A stretch of DNA of 64,000 bases from Oligoflexia bacterium (GCA_035326705.1 DAOLES010000004.1:192232-256231), one strand, 5' to 3'. Shown: positions 28,971 through 38,437, counted from the stretch's first letter. A program made the numbers and translations. Notes: generated from the sequence alone by a model not told the origin.

Positions 28971-29519
28971 ATGTCAGTCATTAAAAAGAAAGAAGTAGTA
29001 CGCAAAAAAAAGCCAAAAATGCGTACAGATGAAGACACCAACTTTAAAATTGGTGATAAAGCCGTTTATCCGGCCTATGGTGTGGGTCAAATTGAGCGGA
29101 TTGATGAAAAAGAGATAGCGGGCACAATCATGTCATTTTATGTGGTCCGTATTTTAGACAGCGAAATGACCTTGATGGTTCCGGTCAATGGCGTAAAAAA
29201 TGTTGGTTTACGCCGTTTGATTAAGGCTTCCCAAGTCAAGCGTGTATTTGATGTGTTTAAAGAGAATGATGTGGTCATTGACACCACCACTTGGAATCGC
29301 AGACAACGCGAATACAATGAAAAAATAAAAACCGGCTCAGTCTTTGAAATTGCTGAAGTCATGCGTGATTTGTACGTTTTAAAAAAAGACAAAACCTTGT
29401 CCTTTGGTGAGCGCAGCATGATGGATAAGGCTAGAACCTTATTAATCAAAGAATTGGCCATAGCCAAAGAATCTGATGAAGAAAGCATTGAGAAAAAAAT
29501 AGAAAAATTTTTTGAATAA
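28971..29519 (+). CDS. cdnL: CarD/CdnL-family RNAP-interacting transcriptional regulator (start uncertain; 29019 is an alternative)
   Basis: 'FKIGDKAVYPAYGVGQIERIDEKEIAG...FYVVRI' CarD_CdnL_TRCF domain. Confidence 0.7.
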   Translation: MSVIKKKEVVRKKKPKMRTDEDTNFKIGDKAVYPAYGVGQIERIDEKEIAGTIMSFYVVRILDSEMTLMVPVNGVKNVGLRRLIKASQVKRVFDVFKENDVVIDTTTWNRRQREYNEKIKTGSVFEIAEVMRDLYVLKKDKTLSFGERSMMDKARTLLIKELAIAKESDEESIEKKIEKFFE

Positions 29520-29548
29520 TTTTTCTGTGCTCAAGCACACGTTTTACC

Positions 29549-30262
29549 ATGTCTATAGCAAAGCATAAACTGAGCGTCGTTATTCCAGCTGGAGGCTCTG
29601 GCACTCGAATGCAATTGGGCCAAGCCAAACAATATTTAAAAATTAACGGAAAGATGGTGCTTGAATACACCTTGCAAGCCTTTGAAAGCCATGCATGGGT
29701 GGATGAAATTATTTTGGTTTTGCCAGAAGAAGATTTGGCAAGCAAACCCGTATCGTTTTGGCGTGATTTAGGGTTTTTAAAAGTCAAACACTGCGTGGCT
29801 GGCGGACAAAGCCGGCAAGAATCTGTGTGGCAAGGTTTACAACAAACAAATCTAAACAATAACTATGTATTAATACATGATGCAGCTAGATGTTTATTTA
29901 ACAGCGAGGACTTAAGTGAAGCTATTCAGGTCTGCGACGATGCAGATGGTGTGATTTATGCTTCTCCGCTCAGTGACTCCATTAAGCATGTTGAGTTGAG
30001 ACGAATTAAAGAATCCGTGGATCGCAGTAAACTCTGGGCCATGCAAACCCCGCAAATATTCAAACGCAGTTTTATTACGCAAGCGTATGAAAAAGCCATC
30101 CGCGATCAATTTTTTGCAACGGATGATGCACAAGTGGCAGAATACAAACAAGGCTTGGTTAAGGTATTTCCTTCTAGGCACATCAATTTAAAATTAACCC
30201 AAGCAGCCGATGTTGCATTGTTTGCCGCATTGTTGCAGTTAAAAGAGAGGCAAGATGTTTAG
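29549..30262 (+). CDS. ispD: 2-C-methyl-D-erythritol 4-phosphate cytidylyltransferase
   Basis: 'VVIPAGGSGTRM' motif; overlaps ispF by 8 nt. Confidence 0.85.
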   Translation: MSIAKHKLSVVIPAGGSGTRMQLGQAKQYLKINGKMVLEYTLQAFESHAWVDEIILVLPEEDLASKPVSFWRDLGFLKVKHCVAGGQSRQESVWQGLQQTNLNNNYVLIHDAARCLFNSEDLSEAIQVCDDADGVIYASPLSDSIKHVELRRIKESVDRSKLWAMQTPQIFKRSFITQAYEKAIRDQFFATDDAQVAEYKQGLVKVFPSRHINLKLTQAADVALFAALLQLKERQDV

Positions 30263-30734
30263 AATAGGACAAGGCATAGATATTCATGCATTTACATCTG
30301 AACGAAACAATATTGTTTTGGGTGGTGTAGAGATTGAACATGATATGGGGCTGGCAGGGCACTCAGATGCCGATGCCTTGATTCATGCCATTTGTGATGC
30401 CATGCTCGGCGCCTTGGCCATGGGTGACATTGGCCAATATTTTTCTGACACAGATCCCGCCTATAAAAATGCCAACAGTGAAATGTTTTTACAAAAGATT
30501 TATGCCATGGTTTTGGACAAAGGTTGGCATATGGCCAATATTGATAGCACCATCATGACTGAGCAACCCAAAATTGCACCGTATGTTCCCAGTATGCAAC
30601 AAAACCTAGCCAAAATTTTAGATCTTAATACCAATCAAGTCAGCATCAAAGCGACAAGAGCGGAGAAGCTAGGCAGTTTAGGCAGGCAAGAAGGCTTAAT
30701 GGCCATGGCCAATGTGCTGTTGTATAAAAAATAG
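30255..30734 (+). CDS. ispF: 2-C-methyl-D-erythritol 2,4-cyclodiphosphate synthase
   Basis: 'FRIGQGIDIHAF', 'SDADALIHAICDA' MECDP synthase motifs. Confidence 0.9.
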   Translation: MFRIGQGIDIHAFTSERNNIVLGGVEIEHDMGLAGHSDADALIHAICDAMLGALAMGDIGQYFSDTDPAYKNANSEMFLQKIYAMVLDKGWHMANIDSTIMTEQPKIAPYVPSMQQNLAKILDLNTNQVSIKATRAEKLGSLGRQEGLMAMANVLLYKK

Positions 30735-30735
30735 T

Positions 30736-30802
30736 GAGTCCACGAGGCTGCTTTATGCAGCCGAGTGCATAGTGGGGTGAAAAAAGCAAAACCACGTTTT
30801 GC
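30736..30802 (+). repeat. Intergenic repeat element, copy A. Parts: GAGTC; the GGCTGC-tttat-GCAGCC palindrome; a spacer; the GCAAAAC-cac-GTTTTGC terminator-like hairpin.
   Basis: ~60-nt element immediately after the ispF stop. It shares 'ctgctttatgcag', 'gtgaaaaaa', and 'caaaaccacgttttg' with copy B at 36044-36099. Confidence 0.55.
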
Positions 30803-30833
30803 TTTAAACATACTTTTCAGTCAATACAAAAAT

Positions 30834-31880
30834 CTACTTACAAACAGGATGAACAAAAATATCATCTGCAGAAAGGGTAGAGATGGTGTCAAGTAGTAAG
30901 TCCTTGAAGCCTATGGAGTGTGACTCCCCTATCATTAATTGAATGTAAGTCACTTCATCAGATGTATCATCATGGGTGTTGATTTCAGATAAAAGGTGCT
31001 TAACAATATTTGCCCAATGATAATTACGCCAAAGAATGGTATATTTAATATAATTTTCTGCTTCGTTTGGATATTGATTAAACAGTGCATGACTGTATGT
31101 TGGATGCATAGATTTTACCATATCAAAATAAGGATTCATGTTTTTAGGATAGGTTTTCTTGGATTGGGCAAGAATTGTTAAAAATTCTTCCATCTTAGTT
31201 TTAAGAAAAGTGATTTCTCTTTTGGCATCATCAAGGGCTTTTTTAAGATTAATACCAGTAAATTTTTGTCCATTGGGGTATTGCCCTTCTTCAAAAGAGT
31301 AGTTTTCTGATGAATATTGATTGAGTTTATCAGAAAAATTTTTATTATAGAACTCAACCGTAGTTGGGTCTTTACCTTCTAAAAAAGTAGATTGAATGAG
31401 TTCCCATTGAGAATGCAACAATTTTTGAAAATCAGATGTCATTGGATCACTCAAAGGCATAATTAAATTATTAGGAATTTCGTCTAGGTTGGCCATGGTT
31501 TTTATCTCGTTTTCTAGGCTTTGAGATTGACCAGTCATAAAGAAAATAACTTTAGCAAGTCCACCCAAGGCAAGAATTTTTGGATCTTCTAAGCCAATGA
31601 TTGATTTTGTATCATCATTGATAATTTGATCACGCAATTCGAAAAATTCAGCATTAACAATAAATGTATCTTTAAGCCGTCTGTTTTTCTCCCAAATAAA
31701 ACCATCTACCGCGACGTAGTAATTTTCATGATCAAGTGCAAATGCCATATGATCATGTTTTACTCGTTTACAAGTAGGTGAATGGCGTTCAGGGAAAATT
31801 TCTACAATAGTTCTTGAAAAGGCATTGTGCGCAGCAAACAATCCTAGGATAAGAAAAATAAAAACTTTACTTTGCTTCAT
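30834..31880 (-). CDS. Secreted hypothetical protein
   Basis: Signal peptide 'MKQSKVFIFLILGLFAAHNAFS' (start chosen at the internal Met). Confidence 0.4.
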   Translation of the reverse strand: MKQSKVFIFLILGLFAAHNAFSRTIVEIFPERHSPTCKRVKHDHMAFALDHENYYVAVDGFIWEKNRRLKDTFIVNAEFFELRDQIINDDTKSIIGLEDPKILALGGLAKVIFFMTGQSQSLENEIKTMANLDEIPNNLIMPLSDPMTSDFQKLLHSQWELIQSTFLEGKDPTTVEFYNKNFSDKLNQYSSENYSFEEGQYPNGQKFTGINLKKALDDAKREITFLKTKMEEFLTILAQSKKTYPKNMNPYFDMVKSMHPTYSHALFNQYPNEAENYIKYTILWRNYHWANIVKHLLSEINTHDDTSDEVTYIQLMIGESHSIGFKDLLLDTISTLSADDIFVHPVCK

Positions 31881-31965
31881 AACATAATGACGCATAGCAT
31901 TTACTGAAGATGAATGCAAATATAAGTTTACGGTTTTTGGATTAAGTTATTACTCTTAGGATTAT

Positions 31966-33270
31966 TTATTTTTGCCGGAGTTTTTTTAACTGTTCTAAAC
32001 GTTCAATTAAAGCAGTTTCTTGGCCTTGTGTTTTACCTTCATAATACACCTTATCTTTTAGGGCTTCGGGTAAGCAAGTCATGTTGGTTGTTGCTTCAGC
32101 ATGATTGTGCGCATATTGATAGCCCTTGCCATAGTCTAAATCTTTCATCAACTGTGTTGGGGCATTTCTAATGTGCAAAGGCACGGGATAAACTTCACCG
32201 GATTTTAAATCTTTTTGTACTTTTTTGTAGCTTGCGTACACCGAGTTAGATTTTGGAGCAGCACTCAAATAAATCACCAGTTGGGCCAGGGCCAGGGCGC
32301 ATTCAGGCATGCCCAAAAAGGCACAGCTGTCTTTGGCTGCAATGGCTAAAGTTAAAGCTTGTGGGTCAGCATTACCAATGTCTTCACTGGCAAAACGAAT
32401 GAGGCGTCTTGCAACATACAAAGGATCATCGCCAGCTTCAAGCATATACGCCAACCAATACAAAGCGGCATCAGCATCGGAGTTACGGATACTCTTGTGT
32501 AAGGCAGAAATAATATTGTAATGTTGCTCTTGGTTTTTATCATACAAGAGCGTCTTTTTTTGAATGAGGCTGGCCAGTTTTTTTTGATTGAGCGTTTCAT
32601 CTTTTTTTAAAGCATGCAAAGCTGTTTCAAAAATATTAAGTGCATAACGGGCGTCGCCATTGGCCAAGTGTGCTAAATACGGAATGAGATCATTGTCAAC
32701 GCGATTAGCAAATACATGCAAAGCCTTATCTTCTTTTATGCAGCGTTTAAGTAAATATTCAATTTGTTTGTCATTAAGAGGAGGCAAGGTGAAAACTTGC
32801 AAGCGGGAGAGCAAAGCCGCATTGATTTCAAAAGAGGGGTTTTCTGTGGTGGCTCCCACTAAAATAATTTCACCCCGTTCAACAGCAGGTAAAAACGCAT
32901 CTTGTTGTGATTTATTAAACCTATGGATTTCATCCACAAATAAAACACAGGCTTGGCCATAATCTTCAAAACGTTTTTTGGCCCGGGCCATGACGTCTTT
33001 GATTTCTTTGATACCTGAGAGTACTGCTGAAAAAGATAAAAAGGGCAATTGACAAGAGCTGGCCAAAGCTTTGGCCAAGCTGGTTTTGCCACAGCCCGGC
33101 GGCCCCCATAAAATAAAAGAAAAAGGTTTTTGTGTGAATTGTTCCAGCATGCCTTGGCGTTTGAATAAGTTTTCAAGCCCCAAAAAATCATCCACAGTTT
33201 TAGGACGCATGCGCTCTGCCAAGGGGGACTTTTCAGAATGTTGGTCGGCAAAAAGGCTGTTGTTCATCAT
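31966..33270 (-). CDS. rarA: Replication-associated recombination protein A (AAA+ ATPase, RarA/MgsA)
   Basis: Walker A 'GPPGCGKTSLA'; Walker B 'VLFVDEIHRFNK'; RarA C-terminal domains. Confidence 0.85.
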   Translation of the reverse strand: MMNNSLFADQHSEKSPLAERMRPKTVDDFLGLENLFKRQGMLEQFTQKPFSFILWGPPGCGKTSLAKALASSCQLPFLSFSAVLSGIKEIKDVMARAKKRFEDYGQACVLFVDEIHRFNKSQQDAFLPAVERGEIILVGATTENPSFEINAALLSRLQVFTLPPLNDKQIEYLLKRCIKEDKALHVFANRVDNDLIPYLAHLANGDARYALNIFETALHALKKDETLNQKKLASLIQKKTLLYDKNQEQHYNIISALHKSIRNSDADAALYWLAYMLEAGDDPLYVARRLIRFASEDIGNADPQALTLAIAAKDSCAFLGMPECALALAQLVIYLSAAPKSNSVYASYKKVQKDLKSGEVYPVPLHIRNAPTQLMKDLDYGKGYQYAHNHAEATTNMTCLPEALKDKVYYEGKTQGQETALIERLEQLKKLRQK

Positions 33271-33373
33271 GGCTAGGTACTATAGATGATATTTGCCAGA
33301 AAAAGAAGGGTCAAAAAATCAGTTAAATTTGGGCTTGCATTGCGTTACGTTTTATTGATACAGTGCGTCCATT

Positions 33374-35461
33374 ATGTGGGGAAAATTATTTTTATTAAGT
33401 CTAGTATTTATTTCAACGGCGTTTGGGCAAGTCAATAATATAGAGCCTATTGCGTGCGGACAAGATTTAGACGCCAATGACAATTTTGATACCGAGTACA
33501 GCCGTTATTCCTTTGTCCATCCGGCAGGTATGGCCAAACATTATGATTTTTCATTGCATGCTTATTTAGTCCCAACCTTTGTTAGGGTGAGCAAGAATGA
33601 TGAAGAGTTGTTTTATTTTTGGTGGGGACCAACATGTGAGGAGAATGGCCCTGGAGATGGGAGCTCAAGCGGCAATTGTATGAAAGGTCCATTGAAAGCG
33701 GTCTATGATGGTGTTGGTTTAACAAGCACAAGTGCATCAGAACTTGCAGCAAATGGTGGGTTAACCATAGATAATTATCCTGTAGGTTTCAACGAAGCAG
33801 CTTTTGTCCCCATTCCACAGCCATGGTCTCCTGAGCTACAACAACACATGAGTTTGGGTACGTTTTTACTGGAACTCAACCTTCCGGCATCTGAGACTTG
33901 TGACGCTTATAAAATTGAGCTTATTGCCTACCAGTTTTTTACATTTCCATACTCGAGCCGTGTAGCTCTGGACTGTCAAACTACAGGATGTCCTACACAG
34001 ATCCCTGCTGAAAGTATTGTTATGGAAGATAAACCATGCGGAAAAGAAATCGGTTTTTGTGGTGATACCAGCAACATTTTTTGGATTGCTCCCAATGGCA
34101 GACGTTACGATGATGTCAACTATGTGGCCCAGGAATCGGGAATCCATCAATACAATGTTGAATACCCTGGGTGTCCTGTGGTTACAGGTGAACTTGAAAT
34201 TGATGTGAATGCCGTACAAGATCCAGTAGGATCATTTGAACTTGAAAGCAAACGCTACAACTGTATTGGTGGCACAGGGTTGATTACTTTGGAAGAGGCC
34301 CAAGGCCTTAACTATCCTATAAATATACAGTGGTATCAAAACAATACGCCGCTTGAAAACACCGGTAATTGGAATGCTTTTGAAGTTCCAATCAATGATG
34401 CGAGCAATTTGCCAGGATACAGAGCAACCATAACAGACAATCAAGGCTGCCGTGTGGAAAGAGATATTGATTTAGAATTCTCTACCCCACCCACGGCAAC
34501 CGCTGATGGAAACTTATGTACAGGAGAGGATGTGCAAATTCATACTGAGCCCAGATGGTGGAATTTAGATACAACGTATCATGATAATGTAGAGACTTCT
34601 TGGACTCGACCTGATGGTAGTACACAGGATACCAATGTTCTTAATGTTGAACTGTCAGATGCAACCGAAGGAGAGTACACGTATACCATGACCTTTGATC
34701 GTGCTGGATGCACAGTGTCTAATACCTATGATCTTCAAGGCAGTGATATGGAAGCCAATATCGTTTCACCAGGACATCTCTGTGAAAATGAAGGCTTTGC
34801 CACGGTCAATGTGACCAATGCTGAAGGTGAAGTGGTTTATGAGTGGAGTAATGGAGAAAGTACTCAAGGTATAGAAAACCTTTCCCCGGGTCATTATACG
34901 GTTGAAGTTACGGATGATAAGGGTTGTACTGTTGAAGATAGAGTCCATATTACAACAGCCAATTATAAAGCAGAATTTAAGGTTCCAAGTTCGTGTCCTT
35001 ACCCTTTGAAACCTGTGGTGGTTGTCACTCGTGATAATTATCAGGTTAGACAAACAGCACTTGATATAACAGCGGAAGACCTAGGGCAGGTCACCTTGTT
35101 AGAATATCAGTATGCAGGCTGCCAATTTGAAGAAGAGTTAGAGATGCCGGATCGCCTGTATGCCCATCCAATTTATATTCCTAATGCCTTTAGTCCTAAT
35201 GGTGACAACATCAATGATGTTTTTAAAATATACAATGATGAACGCCCAAATATTCATATTGTTTCATTTGAAATTTATACACGCAAAGGCGATTTGTTCT
35301 ATCGTGAAGTGGATAAAGCTTTATCAGAAATAGAAGGATGGGATGGGGGTCAGCAAAATGGAAGACCTGCCAATACCGGAGCTTATGTTTATAAAGTTGT
35401 TCAGCAAGTAGAAGGCTGTGATGAGCAAATCCATTCAGGAATTGTGAATCTTATAAAATAA
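33374..35461 (+). CDS. Large secreted Cys-rich protein with a C-terminal T9SS type-B sorting domain (gliding-motility-associated C-terminal / CHU_C domain)
   Basis: Signal peptide. C-terminal 'IYIPNAFSPNGDNINDVFKIY...RKGDLFY...GWDGG..NGRPANTGAYVYKV...SGIVNLIK' matches the TIGR04131-type pattern. Confidence 0.65.
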   Translation: MWGKLFLLSLVFISTAFGQVNNIEPIACGQDLDANDNFDTEYSRYSFVHPAGMAKHYDFSLHAYLVPTFVRVSKNDEELFYFWWGPTCEENGPGDGSSSGNCMKGPLKAVYDGVGLTSTSASELAANGGLTIDNYPVGFNEAAFVPIPQPWSPELQQHMSLGTFLLELNLPASETCDAYKIELIAYQFFTFPYSSRVALDCQTTGCPTQIPAESIVMEDKPCGKEIGFCGDTSNIFWIAPNGRRYDDVNYVAQESGIHQYNVEYPGCPVVTGELEIDVNAVQDPVGSFELESKRYNCIGGTGLITLEEAQGLNYPINIQWYQNNTPLENTGNWNAFEVPINDASNLPGYRATITDNQGCRVERDIDLEFSTPPTATADGNLCTGEDVQIHTEPRWWNLDTTYHDNVETSWTRPDGSTQDTNVLNVELSDATEGEYTYTMTFDRAGCTVSNTYDLQGSDMEANIVSPGHLCENEGFATVNVTNAEGEVVYEWSNGESTQGIENLSPGHYTVEVTDDKGCTVEDRVHITTANYKAEFKVPSSCPYPLKPVVVVTRDNYQVRQTALDITAEDLGQVTLLEYQYAGCQFEEELEMPDRLYAHPIYIPNAFSPNGDNINDVFKIYNDERPNIHIVSFEIYTRKGDLFYREVDKALSEIEGWDGGQQNGRPANTGAYVYKVVQQVEGCDEQIHSGIVNLIK

Positions 35462-35471
35462 TAAACAAGGG

Positions 35472-35512
35472 GGTTACTTTTGTACTCAAAAATTAAAAAT
35501 ACAAAAGTAACC
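35472..35512 (+). terminator. 13-bp stem hairpin (GGTTACTTTTGTA-N15-TACAAAAGTAACC) after the T9SS-substrate gene
   Basis: Perfect 13-bp inverted repeat followed by ggctaccTTTT. Confidence 0.5.
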
Positions 35513-35555
35513 GGCTACCTTTTAGAAAAACCAAAGCAATGATACAGAAAAGTTT

Positions 35556-36041
35556 ATGTCAGAACGATTAAGCAAAGCGCCAAGAGAATCTTATGTAGAA
35601 ATGATCCAGCAAGTATTGCCTGGGGATACCAATCCTTTAGGGACTGTTTTTGGTGGAAAAGTGATGATGTGGATTGATACGGCTGGGGCTGTAGCAGCCA
35701 TGCGTCACGTCAGAGGCAATGTGGTGACAGCCTCCATTGATAAAGTGGATTTTCATGCTTCTGGCCATGTGGGTGATATCATGGTTTTAAAAAGCAAAGT
35801 CACGTATACGGGCAGAACATCGCTTGAAGTCAGTGTAGAGGTTTTGGCAGAAAATCCAAGAACCGGGAAAAGACAATTAACCACGGATGCATTTTTAACG
35901 TTTGTGGCCATTGATGAGAATCATAGACCTATAGAAGTTCCAGAATTAATTCCGGAAACTGAAGAAGAACAAAGAAATTTCGCCCAAGGCAAAGCCCGCA
36001 GAGAAGCGCGCAAAAAAGCCGAGAAGATGCAAGCTGGATAA
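35556..36041 (+). CDS. Acyl-CoA thioesterase, hotdog fold (YciA-like)
   Basis: 'LPGDTNPLGTVFGGKVMMWIDTAGAVAAMRH' and a C-terminal basic tail. Confidence 0.8.
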   Translation: MSERLSKAPRESYVEMIQQVLPGDTNPLGTVFGGKVMMWIDTAGAVAAMRHVRGNVVTASIDKVDFHASGHVGDIMVLKSKVTYTGRTSLEVSVEVLAENPRTGKRQLTTDAFLTFVAIDENHRPIEVPELIPETEEEQRNFAQGKARREARKKAEKMQAG

Positions 36042-36043
36042 GC

Positions 36044-36099
36044 GAGTCTGCTTTATGCAGGCGAGCCCACGGGGATGAAAAAACAAAACCACGTTTTGT
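36044..36099 (+). repeat. Intergenic repeat element, copy B (GAGTC-tgctttatgcag-...-ACAAAAC-cac-GTTTTGT)
   Basis: Homologous to copy A at 30736-30802; the first half recurs again at 36174-36198. Confidence 0.55.
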
Positions 36100-36106
36100 T
36101 TTTGAA

Positions 36107-36122
36107 GGGGGCGTGAGCCCCC
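36107..36122 (+). terminator. GC-rich hairpin GGGGGC-gtga-GCCCCC followed by ttgt; candidate terminator of the thioesterase gene
   Basis: 6-bp G/C stem, tetraloop, short U-tract. Confidence 0.4.
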
Positions 36123-36310
36123 TTGTAAAAGAGAGCGAAGCGGGAAAAGCCGAGAAGATGCAAGCTGGATAAGCGAGTCTGCTTTATGCAGGCGAGCCAA
36201 GGAGACGGAAAGTAAGCTATACGTCAAACTTTTCTTATCAATACATTGCGTTCCAAAATGGATATGGTATTTGCACCAAATAAATACAGTTTTAAGTAGT
36301 TTGGAGATCT

Positions 36311-38437
36311 ATGCCCGTTAAAAAACCGTTTATCATGGTGCTTGTCGCCTTCTGTTTATCAAGCTTGATATCATGTCTTGGTTTTCAGGTTGTTCTCGAC
36401 CAATTCAATCCTCAAACAGATGTCAACATATCAGTGCACTATCCCAATAGCAATGCGGTGACCTCGGCATCAATGCTTGTTGTAAGAGGCAGCTTAGAAA
36501 GCGATGGCCTTGTGTCAGAATTTGTCCTTGGTGGTGTTGATGTCCAACCCTTGGCAGCAAACTATGCACTCTGGGAAGTTTCTTTGCCTCTTGATTTGGG
36601 AAGTAATAATTTTGATGCACATGTTGTATTACAAGATGGAAGCCAATACGAAGAACAAAATTTTGTTACTCTTGTCAGGTCAGAGGTGTTTTTGTCTGCG
36701 CAAAACATGGTCTTTGACAGCAACCAAAATACACTCTACGTTGCTGATGCAACATTAAGGGCAGTTGTCAGGGTTAATACAAATACAGGGCATAGAGAGG
36801 TTTTTTCTGCTTTTGATGCGGGTACAGGGGACAACTTTACATTTCCAGTAGGGTTGGCCGCAGATTTTTTAAATGATGTATTGTTTGTCAGTGACCGAAT
36901 CAATAATGCGGTTTATTCAATTGATATAAGTTCTGGTAATCGAAGTGTTTTGTCCAGCAGTGCGGTTGGAACAGGCACAAACTTTTTATTTCCTGCTGGG
37001 CTTGCATTTGATGCCAGCTTGAATCGGATTTTGTTATTAGATACTTTTAACGGTGCAGTTTTTGCTATTGATGTAACTACAGGAAATCGAAGCGTACTTT
37101 CTAGCAGCAGTGTAGGAACAGGCACCAATTTTTCTCAGCCAAATGATATTGCATTTGATGCCACTCATAATCTTGCATATGTTGTGGATGCTTCACTCAA
37201 TGCTGTCTTTACCGTTGATTTAACCAATGGCAATCGAACAATACTATCAAATGCTTCAACCGGTCTTGGACCCAATTTGATGGGAAGCAATGGATTGGCA
37301 CTTGATGCAGCAAACAACCAACTTTTAGTTGCGGATACTGCGCAAGCAGCATTGATTGCTGTCGATATTGTATCAGGCAATCGAACTATTGTATCAGACA
37401 GTTCAGTTGGCTTAGGTTTAGATTTTACGGCACCTGTAGATGTGGTACTTAACCCAAGTGACATCAATCAGCCTTGGGTGGTTGATCGGGACAACAACAT
37501 TATTTACTCAGTGAGTGTTAGTAACGGTGACCGTACACTTGCATCTCAAGCCAACCTTGGCAGTGGACAAAACTTGGATTTTATTGAGGCAGTTGAATTG
37601 GATTGGGTCAACAATAGGGCTTATGTCTTAGATCGTTTGGCACATACTTTATTCAGTATTGATTTAAATACCGGTGACAGAACAATTGTATCAAGTGATA
37701 GCGTTGGTGTAGGGCCCAATTTTACCAGCCCAAATGATTTGGTTTTAGACTTACCCAATAATCGTGCTTTTGTGTGTGACAATAGTTTAGATGCTCTGTT
37801 TGTTGTGGATTTGATCACCGGCAGTAGAACCATTATTTCTGATAGTATGACAGGTACAGGAAGCAATATAGCATTGCCTTTTGGTATAGCTTACAATGAA
37901 AACAACAATACCATCTATCTGGTCGATCGAATTCTTCATGCGGTTTTAGCCATTGATGTGCTTACCGGTAATCGAAGCATTGTTGCTGACGCATCTACGG
38001 GGTCAGGAGATGATTTTAGTCAAATGACGGATATTGTTTACAATTCCAATAATGATAGGCTTTATGTTGTTGACTCTTTGCTTGCTGCAATTTATGAGCT
38101 TGATCCAATTACCGGTGATAGAGTGGTTGTTTCTAGCAATAGTGTGGGTACTGGAAGTTCATTATCGACAACTGAAGCAATATCTCTCGATGCTGATAAT
38201 GCAAAAATCATCGCCTTAAATTCAAATGACGATTTGATTGTATCGGTGGATATGGCAACAGGTAACCGGACCGATATTGTTGATGTTAATGACCGTTTTG
38301 GTCCAGTTAATCTTATTTTATCGGATATTGTTGTTGATCCCGTTCATCAGAGGGCCTTGTTTATTGGCTGGAACAGTCTCAAAGCATTATTTAATTTAAA
38401 CTTAGATAATGGTGAATTTGTTTATGTGAGTAAATAA
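36311..38437 (+). CDS. Lipoprotein built from ~14 tandem ~45-aa beta-propeller-type repeats (YVTN/NHL-like)
   Basis: Lipobox 'LISCLG'. Recurring unit 'N..YV.D...NAV..VD..TGNR..LSS...G.G.NF..P..IAFD' about 14 times. The antisense ORFs of the track are repeat artefacts. Confidence 0.55.
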   Translation: MPVKKPFIMVLVAFCLSSLISCLGFQVVLDQFNPQTDVNISVHYPNSNAVTSASMLVVRGSLESDGLVSEFVLGGVDVQPLAANYALWEVSLPLDLGSNNFDAHVVLQDGSQYEEQNFVTLVRSEVFLSAQNMVFDSNQNTLYVADATLRAVVRVNTNTGHREVFSAFDAGTGDNFTFPVGLAADFLNDVLFVSDRINNAVYSIDISSGNRSVLSSSAVGTGTNFLFPAGLAFDASLNRILLLDTFNGAVFAIDVTTGNRSVLSSSSVGTGTNFSQPNDIAFDATHNLAYVVDASLNAVFTVDLTNGNRTILSNASTGLGPNLMGSNGLALDAANNQLLVADTAQAALIAVDIVSGNRTIVSDSSVGLGLDFTAPVDVVLNPSDINQPWVVDRDNNIIYSVSVSNGDRTLASQANLGSGQNLDFIEAVELDWVNNRAYVLDRLAHTLFSIDLNTGDRTIVSSDSVGVGPNFTSPNDLVLDLPNNRAFVCDNSLDALFVVDLITGSRTIISDSMTGTGSNIALPFGIAYNENNNTIYLVDRILHAVLAIDVLTGNRSIVADASTGSGDDFSQMTDIVYNSNNDRLYVVDSLLAAIYELDPITGDRVVVSSNSVGTGSSLSTTEAISLDADNAKIIALNSNDDLIVSVDMATGNRTDIVDVNDRFGPVNLILSDIVVDPVHQRALFIGWNSLKALFNLNLDNGEFVYVSK

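Larger units (their letters stand above)
36014..36198 (+). repeat. 54-bp perfect direct repeat (36014-36067 and 36145-36198), separated by 77 bp. It duplicates the last codons and stop of the thioesterase gene plus repeat-element copy B.
   Basis: aaaagccgagaagatgcaagctggataagcgagtctgctttatgcaggcgagcc appears twice. The intervening segment carries ACAAAAC-cac-GTTTTGT and GGGGGC-gtga-GCCCCC hairpins. Confidence 0.7.

Noticed and set aside
35497-35525. Fourth REP-like hairpin copy (caaaag-taaccggctac-cttttag)
   Set aside because: Only a 5-bp stem survives, and it overlaps the 13-bp terminator hairpin of the upstream gene. It may be a decayed copy, but the evidence is too weak to call.
36014-36198. 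Interpreting the 54-bp direct repeat as a target-site duplication of an inserted mobile element
   Set aside because: 54 bp is far longer than known TSDs. The 77-bp insert has no terminal inverted repeats or coding capacity. A tandem duplication or recombination between repeat-element copies is more parsimonious.
36913-37866. Series of antisense ORFs inside 36311..38437 with near-identical peptides, and a CRISPR-like impression of periodicity
   Set aside because: The periodicity is about 135 nt and protein-coding: the sense frame encodes the beta-propeller repeats. There are no short identical direct repeats with unique spacers, so this is not a CRISPR array. The antisense ORFs are repeat artefacts.
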